Program-made: the position numbers and the translations under genes
Part shown: positions 41,244 through 51,122 of the stretch, piece by piece
How positions within the stretch are numbered: position 1 is the stretch's first letter
Layout: every line of letters begins with the position of its first letter
The notes under the pieces: generated by a model
Seen by the model: the letters and a program-made list of their open reading frames with translations, nothing else
The model's database searches: none
What the model was told of the DNA's origin: nothing
Assembly: GCA_016184125.1 (NCBI GenBank)
Contig: JACPDG010000057.1
Coordinates: 11,485 to 75,484, forward strand
Source: Candidatus Rokuibacteriota bacterium
Lineage (GTDB): Bacteria > Methylomirabilota > Methylomirabilia > Rokubacteriales > CSP1-6
DNA length: 64,000 nt
Reading direction: 5' to 3'

Positions 41244-43063
41244 CCGCGGATGTCGATCGACGCGACCTTCTCGAGGAAGATTGCCTCGTAGATCTTCTTG
41301 GCGATCGGGGCCGCGACCTGACCGCCCTTGCCGCCGCCCTCGACCATCACGACGACGACGACCTGAGGATCGTGCGCCGGCGCGAAGGACGCGAACCAGG
41401 CGTGGTCCTCACCCTTGTCCGCCCGCGAGTTGGTCATCGTCTGCGCCGTCCCGGTCTTGCCCGCGATATCGAGCCCCGGGATGCGTGCCCCGCCGCCCGT
41501 GCCGCCCTCGTTCACGACGCTCCACAGGCTCTTGCGCAGGAATTCCTGGACGATCGGCGACAGCTCGACGTAGCCCATCACCTTGCCGGGATCGTTCCAC
41601 ACGACCCCGCGTTCGGATCGTTCGATGCGCTGCACCAGCCGCGGCTTCCACAACACACCACCGTTCGCCAGCGCCGACATGAACCGCGCGACCTGAATCG
41701 GCGTAACGAGGACCTGGCCCTGTCCGATCGACATGTTCACCGTCTCGCCTGCATGCCAGATCAGGCGGCCGCGCCGATCGCGCTTCGGGGCCGGGATGAG
41801 CCCCGGCTTTTCCCCGGAGAGGTCGATCCCGGTCGCCTGGCCGAGGCCGAACATGCGCGCGTATTTCGCGATCGCCTCGGCGCCGACCCTGAGTCCCGCC
41901 TGGTAGAAATAGATGTTACAGGACTGGACGATCGCCCGGCGCAGGTCGACGGACCCGTGTCCCTCCTTCTTCCAGTCCTTGAACGTCAGTCCGCCCAGGT
42001 GGAACTCGCCGCTGCAGAAGACGCGGTCCATCGGAGTGAGCTTTCCCTCCTGCAGCCCCGCGGCGGCGACGACGACCTTGAAGACCGACCCGGGCGCGTA
42101 CTGACTCTGGATGACGCGGTTCAACAGCGGATGCTTCGGGTCCTGGACGATCGAGAGCCACGCGGCGCGGTCGATGGTGCCGGTGAACCGGTCGATCTCG
42201 AACGCCGGCGCCGAGACCATCGCAAGCACGTCGCCGGTGCGTGGATCCATGACGACCACGGCCCCGGCACGCCCCTCGAACGCGCGCTCGGCGGCCCCCT
42301 GGATGCGGCGGTCGAGCGTCGTCACCACCTGGGCGCCCGGCTCGGGCTCCTTGTGCTGGATGAGGCGGATCGGCCGGCCCAGCGCGTCGACCTCGATCTG
42401 CTCACCGCCGTCGCGGCCCCGCAGGTACTCGTCGAGGAGGCGCTCGAGTCCGCTCTGGCCCACCATGTCGCCACGCCGGTAGCGTCCCTGGCGCAGCTGC
42501 TCGTCGGTGGCCTCGCGCACGTAGCCGAGCAGGTGCGCGGCGAAGCGGCTCGTCGGGTACGCGCGCTGCGGCTCCACCTCGACGATCACGCCGGGCAGCT
42601 CGATCTTCCACTCCTCGATCTTGGCGACGTCCTCGAGCCCGAGCCCGCGACGGATGCGCACCGGCTGGAACGAGTCCGGCGACGCCCGCTCGGCCGCCTG
42701 CACGAGGTCCTCGTACGGAATGCGGAGGAGCGACGCCACACGGCCGAGCACGGCGCCGCGCCGCGCGGGATCGCGGTCGAGCTCGCGCGGGATCAGCGAC
42801 AAGGTGAACGCCGGTCGGTTGTCGACGAGCGGACGGCCGTAGCGGTCGAACAGGATGCCGCGCGGGGCCGCGACCGGGCGGATGCGGGTTCGGTTCTTGT
42901 CCGAGGCGTCGAGGAAGCGGCCCCCCTCGAGCACCTGCAGATACCAGAGCTGCGCGACGATCACGAGCAGCGCGGCCATGACCGAGACCGTGATCGCGAC
43001 GATGCGGCGCTCGTCTCCGCTCCCGGCTGGTCCGAGCCTGGCGTGACGGGGTTGCACGCTCAC
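41240..43063 (-). CDS. mrdA: Penicillin-binding protein 2 (transpeptidase)
   Basis: N-terminal TM, dimerisation domain, SxxK (APGSVFK), SxN and KTG (GKTGTAQ) motifs. Confidence 0.9.
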   Translation of the reverse strand: MSVQPRHARLGPAGSGDERRIVAITVSVMAALLVIVAQLWYLQVLEGGRFLDASDKNRTRIRPVAAPRGILFDRYGRPLVDNRPAFTLSLIPRELDRDPARRGAVLGRVASLLRIPYEDLVQAAERASPDSFQPVRIRRGLGLEDVAKIEEWKIELPGVIVEVEPQRAYPTSRFAAHLLGYVREATDEQLRQGRYRRGDMVGQSGLERLLDEYLRGRDGGEQIEVDALGRPIRLIQHKEPEPGAQVVTTLDRRIQGAAERAFEGRAGAVVVMDPRTGDVLAMVSAPAFEIDRFTGTIDRAAWLSIVQDPKHPLLNRVIQSQYAPGSVFKVVVAAAGLQEGKLTPMDRVFCSGEFHLGGLTFKDWKKEGHGSVDLRRAIVQSCNIYFYQAGLRVGAEAIAKYARMFGLGQATGIDLSGEKPGLIPAPKRDRRGRLIWHAGETVNMSIGQGQVLVTPIQVARFMSALANGGVLWKPRLVQRIERSERGVVWNDPGKVMGYVELSPIVQEFLRKSLWSVVNEGGTGGGARIPGLDIAGKTGTAQTMTNSRADKGEDHAWFASFAPAHDPQVVVVVMVEGGGKGGQVAAPIAKKIYEAIFLEKVASIDIRG

Positions 43064-43070
43064 GCCCGGA

Positions 43071-43559
43071 TCACGCGGCCCGGTCGCGCACGGCGTCCGT
43101 CCACGCGAGGAGCAGGACGACCGCGGCGCCGAGGAATCCGTTGTACAGGGCCTGCGGCAGAACCACGTACGTCATGAGCTCGCCGAAGGAGGCCGGGAAG
43201 TGGAAGAGCTTCAGCAGTCCGAACCGCCCGACGCCCTCGGCGACCGAGAGGAGCACCAGCCCGGGCACCTGGACGAGTGGCTGGGCGACCGCGAGCCGAC
43301 CGGAGAGGCCGCCGACCAGCGCGCCGATCGTGGCCTTCGTCAGCCCCTGCACACCGACAAGTCCGCCGGCGGCCACGTCCTGCAGCAGGCCGGCGGCGAA
43401 CCCGGTCAGGCAGCCGACCTCGGTGCCGCGGCGGAGCGCGACGAGCACGACGATGATCAGCGGGATGTCGGGAGCGATATCGCCGACGCGGATCGCGGGT
43501 GCGATCGTCGCCTGCGCGACGTTGCCGCCGAAGATGGTCAGCAGCAGGAAGGCGCGCAC
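43071..43559 (-). CDS. mreD: Rod shape-determining protein MreD
   Basis: GTG start 11 nt after the mreC stop. 162 aa, highly hydrophobic. Position in the mreBCD order. Confidence 0.7.
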   Translation of the reverse strand: MRAFLLLTIFGGNVAQATIAPAIRVGDIAPDIPLIIVVLVALRRGTEVGCLTGFAAGLLQDVAAGGLVGVQGLTKATIGALVGGLSGRLAVAQPLVQVPGLVLLSVAEGVGRFGLLKLFHFPASFGELMTYVVLPQALYNGFLGAAVVLLLAWTDAVRDRAA

Positions 43560-43569
43560 GGCGACACGC

Positions 43570-44406
43570 TCATCCGTTCGGGGGAAAGTGGCCGGCGAGG
43601 TCCTGCGCGGTGCTCCCCGTGAGGAGCAGCACCTCGTCGACGCGCGCGAAGTCCACGACGGGCTCCAGCGCCGCATAGTGGAAGAGGGCGGCACCGCGGT
43701 CGTCGATGGCACGCACGCGGCCGACCGGGAGGCCGCGCGGGAACACGCCCCCCTGGCCCGCCGTGACGATGAGGTCACCCACCTGGATCTGGTTGCCGTC
43801 GCGCGCCATGAACTTCAACCGCATCGTGCCTCGCGGCTCGCCCTCGACGATCCCCGGAGTGCGTGTGCGGACGGCGTGAGCGCCGACGGTCGACGCGGGG
43901 TCGGTGAGCACCTGCACGATCGACACGCCCAGGCGCACGTCGACGACACGACCGATGAGACCGTCGGGCGTGATGGCGGCCGTGAGCCGGGTGACGTTGT
44001 CTCCGCGACCGCGGTTCACGGTCAGCGAGCGGACCCACCCGCCCCATTCGCGGGCGATGACCTCCCCGGCGAGCGTGTCCAGCGGCAGGCGTGCCCGCAG
44101 GTCGAGCAGCCGGCGAAGTCGGCGGTTCTCGTCCTGCACCTCGGCGACGACGAGGCCGTCGATCCGGAACTTCCGGATCTCCTCGCGCAGGCGGGTGTTT
44201 TCGTTGCGGACGTCCTTCCAATCCAGGTAGGTGGCCCAGAGCCCGAACGTGGCACGGTAGACGCGGGTGAGCACCGTGTGCACCGGCGTCGTGACGACGG
44301 CGACGACGTCGGCGGCGCCGGACGCCTGGCCGCGCGTCTGGAGCGTGAGCAGGACGAGGCACACGAAAATGACCCCGGCCAGCACCAGCACCCCACGACG
44401 TTTCAC
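43570..44406 (-). CDS. mreC: Rod shape-determining protein MreC
   Basis: N-terminal TM, coiled coil, beta-rich C-terminus (RLTAAITPDGLIGRVVDV). Length 278 aa. Confidence 0.85.
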   Translation of the reverse strand: MKRRGVLVLAGVIFVCLVLLTLQTRGQASGAADVVAVVTTPVHTVLTRVYRATFGLWATYLDWKDVRNENTRLREEIRKFRIDGLVVAEVQDENRRLRRLLDLRARLPLDTLAGEVIAREWGGWVRSLTVNRGRGDNVTRLTAAITPDGLIGRVVDVRLGVSIVQVLTDPASTVGAHAVRTRTPGIVEGEPRGTMRLKFMARDGNQIQVGDLIVTAGQGGVFPRGLPVGRVRAIDDRGAALFHYAALEPVVDFARVDEVLLLTGSTAQDLAGHFPPNG

Positions 44407-44434
44407 GCGATCGGACCCCGCAGTGGCGACGCCG

Positions 44435-45484
<1,050 letters not shown>

Positions 45485-45805
45485 TCATATTTACCGGTGT
45501 CCTGGGTCTGTCTAGCCTAGCACAGTCCGTGCCACGGCCGAACAAAAACGCCGTAACGACAGCCACTTAGATTGCGCAACGCTCGCGTGATCCCGTTGCT
45601 GGGCTCTCGTCTGCCGATAAACGGAAATACTTTTCGCGAGGTTTGAGGCCATGTCCGCCCCCGGGGCCACGAGGACCGCGCGTAGCCCGCCTGGCCTTTC
45701 CCCGGTGCCGTAGATCCTGAAGCAGAAGGAGGCGAGAGCGCAGCAGCCGGGACCCAGTCTGACACGAGGTTGACGCAGCCTGTCGCCCGACCGGGTCCCA
45801 CGGTG

Positions 45806-47096
45806 TCATCGCACCCCGAGCACATTCGGAAGCCAGAGCGTGACGGCCGGGACGTACGCGACGACGGCGAGCGCTGCGACCAGGGCCAGGACGAAGGGCA
45901 GCGCCCACCGTGACACCTCCTCCATCGGAACCCCCGCGATCCGGGACGCGACGTAGAGGTTGACCGCCACGGGCGGCGTGACGGTCCCGACCGCGAGGTT
46001 GACCGTCATCATGACGCCGAACCAGATCGGGTCCCACTCGAACCGCGCGAGGAGCGGGATGAAGATCGGCAGGAACACGTAGTAGATCGAGATCGCATCG
46101 AGCAGCATGCCGGCGATGACGAGCAGGACGTTCAGCAACGCGAGGATGACGTACGGGTTGTCCGAGAGCGTGAGCAGCGAGTGCGCCGCGCGGTCCATCA
46201 CGCCGAGCGTCGAGCCGGTCCACGAGAACAGGCCGGCGAAACTGACGACGATCATGACGACGGACGTCGCCACCGCCGCGTCGAGAAAGAGGTGGTACAG
46301 GTCGGCGAGCGCGAGGTTGCGCAGGACGACGAAGCCGACGAACAGCCCGTACATCACCGCGACGACGGCGGCTTCCGTCGGCGTGAACACGCCTCCGTAG
46401 ATCCCGCCGAGGATCACGAGCGGCGCGATCAGACCCCACTTCGCCTCCCACGCCGCGCGCGCGATCTCGCGGGGGGTGCCCCACGGCTCGCCGCCCCATC
46501 CTCGCCGTCGGGAGATGATGACGACCGGCATGACCAGAGCCAGGCCCATCAGCAGTCCGGGGACGACCCCGGCGGCGAACAGCCTCGACACCGACGTCTC
46601 CGTGATCACGCCGTACACGACGAACGCGACGCTCGGCGGAATGAGCACGTCGGTCGTGGCCGCGGCAGCGACGAGCGCGGCGGCGAACCCGACCGCGTAC
46701 CCGCGGTGGACCATCGCCGGGATCATCACGGAGCCGATCGCCGCCGTGTCTGCCGGGCCGGTGCCCGAGATCGCGCCGAAGAACACGCAGCCACCGACGG
46801 CGACGAGTCCGAGGCCGCCGCGCACGGGTCCGATGAGCCGGTTCAGCAGCTGCACGAGGCCGTGCGACAGGCCGACGCGCTCCATGACGAAGCCCGCGAG
46901 GATGAAGAAGGGGATCGCCAGCAGCGGGAACTTCGCAATGTTCGCGTACACGTTCGCCGCCGTCACCTGCACCCCGAGGCCGAACGTCCACAGGAACACG
47001 ACCGCGGTCAGCCCAACCGCGGTGAGGATCGGGACACCGAGCAGGAGCAGCAGCAGGAACGCGCCGAAGAGAACGACGCCCGGATCGATCACGTGT
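45806..47096 (-). CDS. dctM: TRAP transporter large permease
   Basis: GTG start (VIDPGVVLFGAF). 430 aa, typical DctM hydrophobic profile. Confidence 0.85.
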
Positions 47097-47550
47097 CGCC
47101 ACGCCACGCGCGCGTGGCGGCTTGCACGATGCGCAGCATCACGAGGACGCCGAACACCGGAATCCCCGCGGTGTACCACCACTGGGGGATGGCGAGCGCC
47201 TCCGACGTCGTCCCGAGCATCCGCTCGCTCTCGATCTGGCGGACGCCGTAGTAGACGAGGATGCCGAAGAGCGCCACGCTCAGGACCGCGGAGAAGACGA
47301 CCGAGCCACGCCGCACGGCACGGGGCAGCCGCTCGACGAGCCAGGTGAACGCCAGGTGCCCGCCCTCCCGGAACGCGACGGCCGTCCCGAGGAGCGTGAG
47401 CCACACGAACAGGCTCACCACGAGCTCCTCGGTGAAGGCCAGCGAGTAGCGGATGACGTACCGCGTGATGACGTTGACGAACGCCACGAGCGTCATCACG
47501 GCGAAGACGAGCACCGCTGCCGCCTCCTCGAGGCGGTCGAACCGCTGCAC
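47089..47550 (-). CDS. dctQ: TRAP transporter small permease
   Basis: 153 aa, 4 TM. Overlaps the dctM start by 8 nt. Confidence 0.8.
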   Translation of the reverse strand: MQRFDRLEEAAAVLVFAVMTLVAFVNVITRYVIRYSLAFTEELVVSLFVWLTLLGTAVAFREGGHLAFTWLVERLPRAVRRGSVVFSAVLSVALFGILVYYGVRQIESERMLGTTSEALAIPQWWYTAGIPVFGVLVMLRIVQAATRAWRGDT

Positions 47551-47554
47551 GCGG

Positions 47555-48577
47555 CTATTTCGTCTTCGAGACGATCTGCTCGGCCGACTTCACGAGGTCG
47601 GCGCCGACCTCGCCGACCCACTTGTCGTAGACGGGCCGGGTCTTCTCGCGGAACCCCGCGATCGCGGCCGGCGACAGCACGACCACCTCCATGCCGTTCT
47701 TCTTGAGGTTCTCGATGCCCTCGGTCGAGCCCTCGAGTCCCTTGCGCGCGGCCGCCTTCTCCCACGCCGCGACCTCGACGGCCGTCTTCTTCACGATCTC
47801 GCGATCGGCGGGGGAGAGGCTGTTCCAGGTGAGCTTCGACACGCCGATGATCACGGGGTCGATCGCGTACCCCCAGACGGTGAGGTGCTTCTGCGACGTC
47901 CACAGCTTGAACGGCGTGATCACCGTGACGATCGGGTTCTCCTGACCGTCGACGGTGCCGGAAACGAAGGCCTGCTGCGCCTCGCCCCAGTTCATGTTCA
48001 CCGGGTTCGCACCGAGCGCGCGGAACGTGTCGATGAAGATCGGCGAGCCGACGACCCGGATCTTCAGGCCGTTCAGGTCCTCCGGCTTGCGGACGGCCCG
48101 CTTGGAGTTCGTCACCTCCCGGAAGCCGTTCTCCGCCCAGGCGAGCGGGATCACGCCCTTCGCCTCGATGAGCTGCGCGAGCTTCCGTCCCGGCTCGCCC
48201 TCCTGCACCGCGTCGAGCGCCTTGTAGGACGGGAACATGAAGGGCATCGCGAACAGGTTCAGCTCCTTCACCTGCGGCGACCAGTTGATCGTCGAGCCGA
48301 ACGCGAAGTCGGCGACGCCCTGGTTGAGCAGCGTGAACTCGTTCGTCTGCTTCCCGGCGAAGAGTTGCCCGGCGAAGTAGTTCTTGATGTTGATCCGCCC
48401 CTGCGTCCGCTCCTTCAGCCGGTCGGCGAACCTGATCGCCGCCTCGCCCCACGGGCCCGTCGGCCCCACGACCAGGCTGTTCTTGAATTCGGGTTTGTAC
48501 TGCTGGGCCTGGGCCGGCGCGATACCGACGGCCACGCCGAGGGCGACTGCGATCACGGGAGCGACCCACCGACGCAT
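47555..48577 (-). CDS. dctP: TRAP transporter solute-binding protein
   Basis: The ATG (MRRWVAPVIAV..) is preceded by AAGGAG. Signal peptide plus DctP-family fold motifs. Confidence 0.85.
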   Translation of the reverse strand: MRRWVAPVIAVALGVAVGIAPAQAQQYKPEFKNSLVVGPTGPWGEAAIRFADRLKERTQGRINIKNYFAGQLFAGKQTNEFTLLNQGVADFAFGSTINWSPQVKELNLFAMPFMFPSYKALDAVQEGEPGRKLAQLIEAKGVIPLAWAENGFREVTNSKRAVRKPEDLNGLKIRVVGSPIFIDTFRALGANPVNMNWGEAQQAFVSGTVDGQENPIVTVITPFKLWTSQKHLTVWGYAIDPVIIGVSKLTWNSLSPADREIVKKTAVEVAAWEKAAARKGLEGSTEGIENLKKNGMEVVVLSPAAIAGFREKTRPVYDKWVGEVGADLVKSAEQIVSKTK

Positions 48578-48699
48578 GCTGGACTCCTTCATCTGCTGGT
48601 TTGCGCATCGCGCGCTGGCGACGCGGACATCCACGTATAGCACCGGACGGCCTGACATGACAACGAGGGCTTCGGGCGGGCTCGCGGCGCAAAATCCCA

Positions 48700-48728
48700 T
48701 TGACTCTCACAGGCCCCGCGTGTAAATC
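48700..48728 (+). promoter_or_regulatory. Putative sigma70-type promoter of cspA-1 (TTGACT-17-TAAATC)
   Basis: The -35 TTGACT at 48700-48705 and -10 TAAATC at 48723-48728 have a 17-nt spacer. They lie about 170 nt upstream of the csp ATG. Confidence 0.4.
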
Positions 48729-48783
48729 TTTCCCTCGGTTTTGGCTGGGACGGTGTTGAGTACAAATCGGGATTCGAGACAGA

Positions 48784-48820
48784 CGCCGCGCGGGATGCCC
48801 CTCGCGCGGCGTTTTTCTTT
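48784..48820 (+). terminator. Intrinsic-terminator-like hairpin plus T-tract inside the cspA-1 leader (possible attenuator)
   Basis: GCCGCGCG-ggatgcccct-CGCGCGGC followed by GTTTTTCTTT. Confidence 0.4.
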
Positions 48821-48900
48821 GCCTTCCAATTCCGGAAGGTGACCCCGCCATCCCGGCGGGGATCAGCCGGGGCAGGAGTCCCCAAGGAGAGTCGCAGGAC

Positions 48901-49101
48901 ATGGCACAGGGACGTGTGAAGTGGTTCAACGATGCGAAGGGGTACGGGTTCATCACGCAGGACGGCGGCGAGGACGTGTTCGTCCACTACAGCGCCATCC
49001 AGGCTCAGGGCTTCAAGACGCTGTCCGAGGGTGACCTGGTCGAGTTCGAGGTGACGCGCGGTCCGAAGGGTCTCCAGGCGGCGAACGTCCGCAAGCTCTA
49101 A
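48901..49101 (+). CDS. cspA: Cold-shock protein
   Basis: [28 protein letters not shown]. 66 aa, RNP1/RNP2 motifs, AAGGAG RBS. Confidence 0.9.
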   Translation: MAQGRVKWFNDAKGYGFITQDGGEDVFVHYSAIQAQGFKTLSEGDLVEFEVTRGPKGLQAANVRKL

Positions 49102-49173
49102 GCTCCTGCGTCCCGGCATGCGGCTCCGGATCCACGTCATCTATGGGTCCGGAGCGGCCCACCGTCCGACTCA

Positions 49174-49219
49174 GTTCGAGCCAACAATCGACCGCCGGGC
49201 GGTCGATTGTTGCTCGAAC
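49174..49219. repeat. P1 palindromic element, copy 1 (46 bp near-perfect palindrome)
   Basis: GTTCGAGCCAACAATCGACCGCC-GGG-CGGTCGATTGTTGCTCGAAC. Confidence 0.8.
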
Positions 49220-49224
49220 TCTCA

Positions 49225-49271
49225 GTTCGTAGAAACCATCGGCCGCGAACGCGGCCGATGGTTTCACGAAC
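49225..49271. repeat. P2 palindromic element, copy 1
   Basis: GTTCGTAGAAACCATCGGCCGCG-AA-CGCGGCCGATGGTTTCACGAAC. It lies immediately after P1 copy 1, separated by TCTCA. Confidence 0.8.
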
Positions 49272-49375
49272 TCTCATCCGAGCAGATGACCGAGCCGCGG
49301 GGTCGTCTGTGCCGGAACGTGAACGATCATCCAGCGTGACCGCCGCGGCGACACCGCCAAGCGAGGCAAGAGGAC

Positions 49376-49576
49376 ATGGCACAGGGCATCGTCAAGTGGT
49401 TCAACGACGCGAAGGGCTACGGCTTCATCCAGATCGAGGGGGGCGAGGACGTCTTCGTCCACTACAGCGCGATCCAGGCCTCCGGGTTCCGCACGCTCGC
49501 CGAAGGCGATGTCGTGGAGTTCGAGATGGCGCGGGGCCCGAAGGGACTTCAGGCGTCCAACGTGAAGAAGGTCTGA
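49376..49576 (+). CDS. cspA: Cold-shock protein (second tandem paralog)
   Basis: [34 protein letters not shown]. 66 aa. Confidence 0.9.
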   Translation: MAQGIVKWFNDAKGYGFIQIEGGEDVFVHYSAIQASGFRTLAEGDVVEFEMARGPKGLQASNVKKV

Positions 49577-49603
49577 CGCGCGATCGCGCGCCGGTCGACT
49601 CGG

Positions 49604-49640
49604 GACGGCCCCCGGATTCCCCGGGGGCCGTCGCATTTCC
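49604..49640 (+). terminator. Rho-independent terminator after csp-2
   Basis: GACGGCCCCCGG-attc-CCGGGGGCCGTC is a 12-bp stem, followed by a short gcATTTcc tract. Confidence 0.55.
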
Positions 49641-50057
49641 GGGAGAGCGGGCAAAAAAGAGCCCCGACGGCTGCTGCGACGCTGCGCGATCCCTCATGGC
49701 GCGTCGCCCCGCGTGGTGAGCGCGGGAACCGTCGGGGCCGGTGGTGCCTGGTTCTCCCAGGCGGCCCACCAGGGACTCGTGTGGACCTTGCCCTAGGAGG
49801 CAACCACCTCACAGATCACCGTAGGGCTACACATCGACTGGATCACCTCCTATTCTCGGCAAGGGCGCCACGCGGGCCCAGGTCCCACTTACCCAGAACC
49901 GGATGCCGACTCCCGGCCCGGGGCCCGGTCACGTTCTGCCACCGGCGTCATTACCGGCGGGGACGCTCGAGGAGCGCTGTTGTCCGCTCCGACCGGTATT
50001 TGATTGCATCCTACACGAGCCCGTGGCGCCGCCAAACGAAAAAGTGGTGAGCGTGCG

Positions 50058-50441
50058 CTACTCGACGACGATCCGTCCGCGATTACGTTCCCAGAGTCCC
50101 GCGCCGATGCCCTGCACGCGCCGGATCTCCTGCGGTTTCTTGAAGACGCCGTGCGTCGTCCGGTACTGGACGATCTTCTCGGCGACCTTGCGGCCGATGC
50201 CGGAGAGCGTCATGAGCTGATCGACGCTCGCCGTGTTGATGTTCACGGGTGCCGAGGCGGCGACCTCGGACTTCGTGTCCGTCACGGCCGTCTTCTCGGT
50301 TCGAGCGACAATCGACCGCCGCGGCGGTCGATTGTCGCTCGAACTCTCCGGCGCGGCGGATGCAGCCGGCGTCAGCAGGAATGGCAAGATCGAGGCAACG
50401 ACGAGGGCGATCGCGAGCGACGAGCGAAGTGCGATGCGCAT
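50058..50441 (-). CDS. comEA: ComEA-like helix-hairpin-helix DNA-binding protein (signal peptide, linker, HhH)
   Basis: Signal MRIALRSSLAIALVVASILPFLLTPAASA, and C-terminal NINTASVDQLMTLSGIGRKVAEKIVQYRTTHGVFKKPQEI. The linker ESSSDNRPPRRSIVART is encoded by a P1 palindrome copy. Confidence 0.7.
   Translation of the reverse strand: MRIALRSSLAIALVVASILPFLLTPAASAAPESSSDNRPPRRSIVARTEKTAVTDTKSEVAASAPVNINTASVDQLMTLSGIGRKVAEKIVQYRTTHGVFKKPQEIRRVQGIGAGLWERNRGRIVVE
50299..50345. repeat. P1 palindromic element, copy 2 (inside the comEA-like ORF, in frame)
   Basis: GTTCGAGCGACAATCGACCGCC-GCGG-CGGTCGATTGTCGCTCGAAC. Confidence 0.8.
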
Positions 50442-50470
50442 AGGGGTTCTCCCGGTGCCGTACGGGCACC

Positions 50471-50635
50471 ATGATCCGTTCACGTCCGAGTTCATCGGGG
50501 GACTATCGATGCCCCCCAAGCCTCCCAACTCGGAGCGCCCCGGGGGGGTGCGCGGACGCACCCGTGGTGCGCGGACGCACCCGCCAAAGCCGTGGCGCTC
50601 CTCGACCACCGAATTCCTTCACGGGCTCCGCGGCG
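50471..50635. repeat. GC-hairpin repeat copy R5 (full, two GGGTGCGCGGACGCACCC-type hairpins)
   Basis: TTCATCGGGGGACTATCGATGCCCCCCAAGCCTCCCAACTCGGAGCGCCCCGG GGGGGTGCGCGGACGCACCC GTGGTGCGCGGACGCACCC GCCAAAGCCGTGGCGCTCCTCGACCACCGAATTCCTTCACGGGCTCCG. Confidence 0.75.
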
Positions 50636-50816
50636 CGCGTCACCGCACGACGGGGCCGGTGACGCGCCCGCGCTTTACCGAACGCTCGCGAGCACGACCA
50701 TTCGACGTCGCGGGTCCGGTGCCGTCAACGTCCAAAGTTGTGGTCACACGCATCCGATACGCTGCCGGCGGGACGTCATCGATGCCCGCGCGACGGTGCC
50801 CGCGCAGGTGGGCCGC

Positions 50817-51122
50817 CTACTCCTCCGCGCGCTCCTCGAGCCGCGCCAGGTACTCGGCCCACTCGACCGGTACGAGGCTCTGCTTGCGTGTGTTGCAGTC
50901 CTTGCAGGACGGCACGACGTTGCCGCGCACCGACGTGCCGCCGCGGCCCAGTGGCACGATGTGGTCCATCGTGAGGGAGGTGGGGCCGACCGACCGGCGG
51001 CAGTAGTAGCAGACGCCGCTCGCGATGCGGCGCTTCCACCAGGCGCTCTTTCTGAGCTCGCGCGCCCGCGCCCGCTCGCGCCTGAGCTCGTCGGGATCGA
51101 TGGGCGCGTAGAACTCAGGCAT
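50817..51122 (-). CDS. HNH endonuclease (small stand-alone)
   Basis: CYYCRRSV..LTMDHIVPLGRGGTSVRGNVVPSCKDCNTRK is the HNH motif. 101 aa. The start overlaps the ABC-F 3' end by 8 nt. Confidence 0.7.
   Translation of the reverse strand: MPEFYAPIDPDELRRERARARELRKSAWWKRRIASGVCYYCRRSVGPTSLTMDHIVPLGRGGTSVRGNVVPSCKDCNTRKQSLVPVEWAEYLARLEERAEE

Noticed and set aside
49838-49851. 14-nt exact match to the 3' end of 16S rRNA (CTGGATCACCTCCT) in the non-coding region after csp-2
   Set aside because: The flanking sequence does not resemble 16S rRNA, and no rRNA gene body is present. It is probably a chance or regulatory SD-complement-like motif. It might still be worth checking whether an sRNA from 49740-50050 carries this motif.
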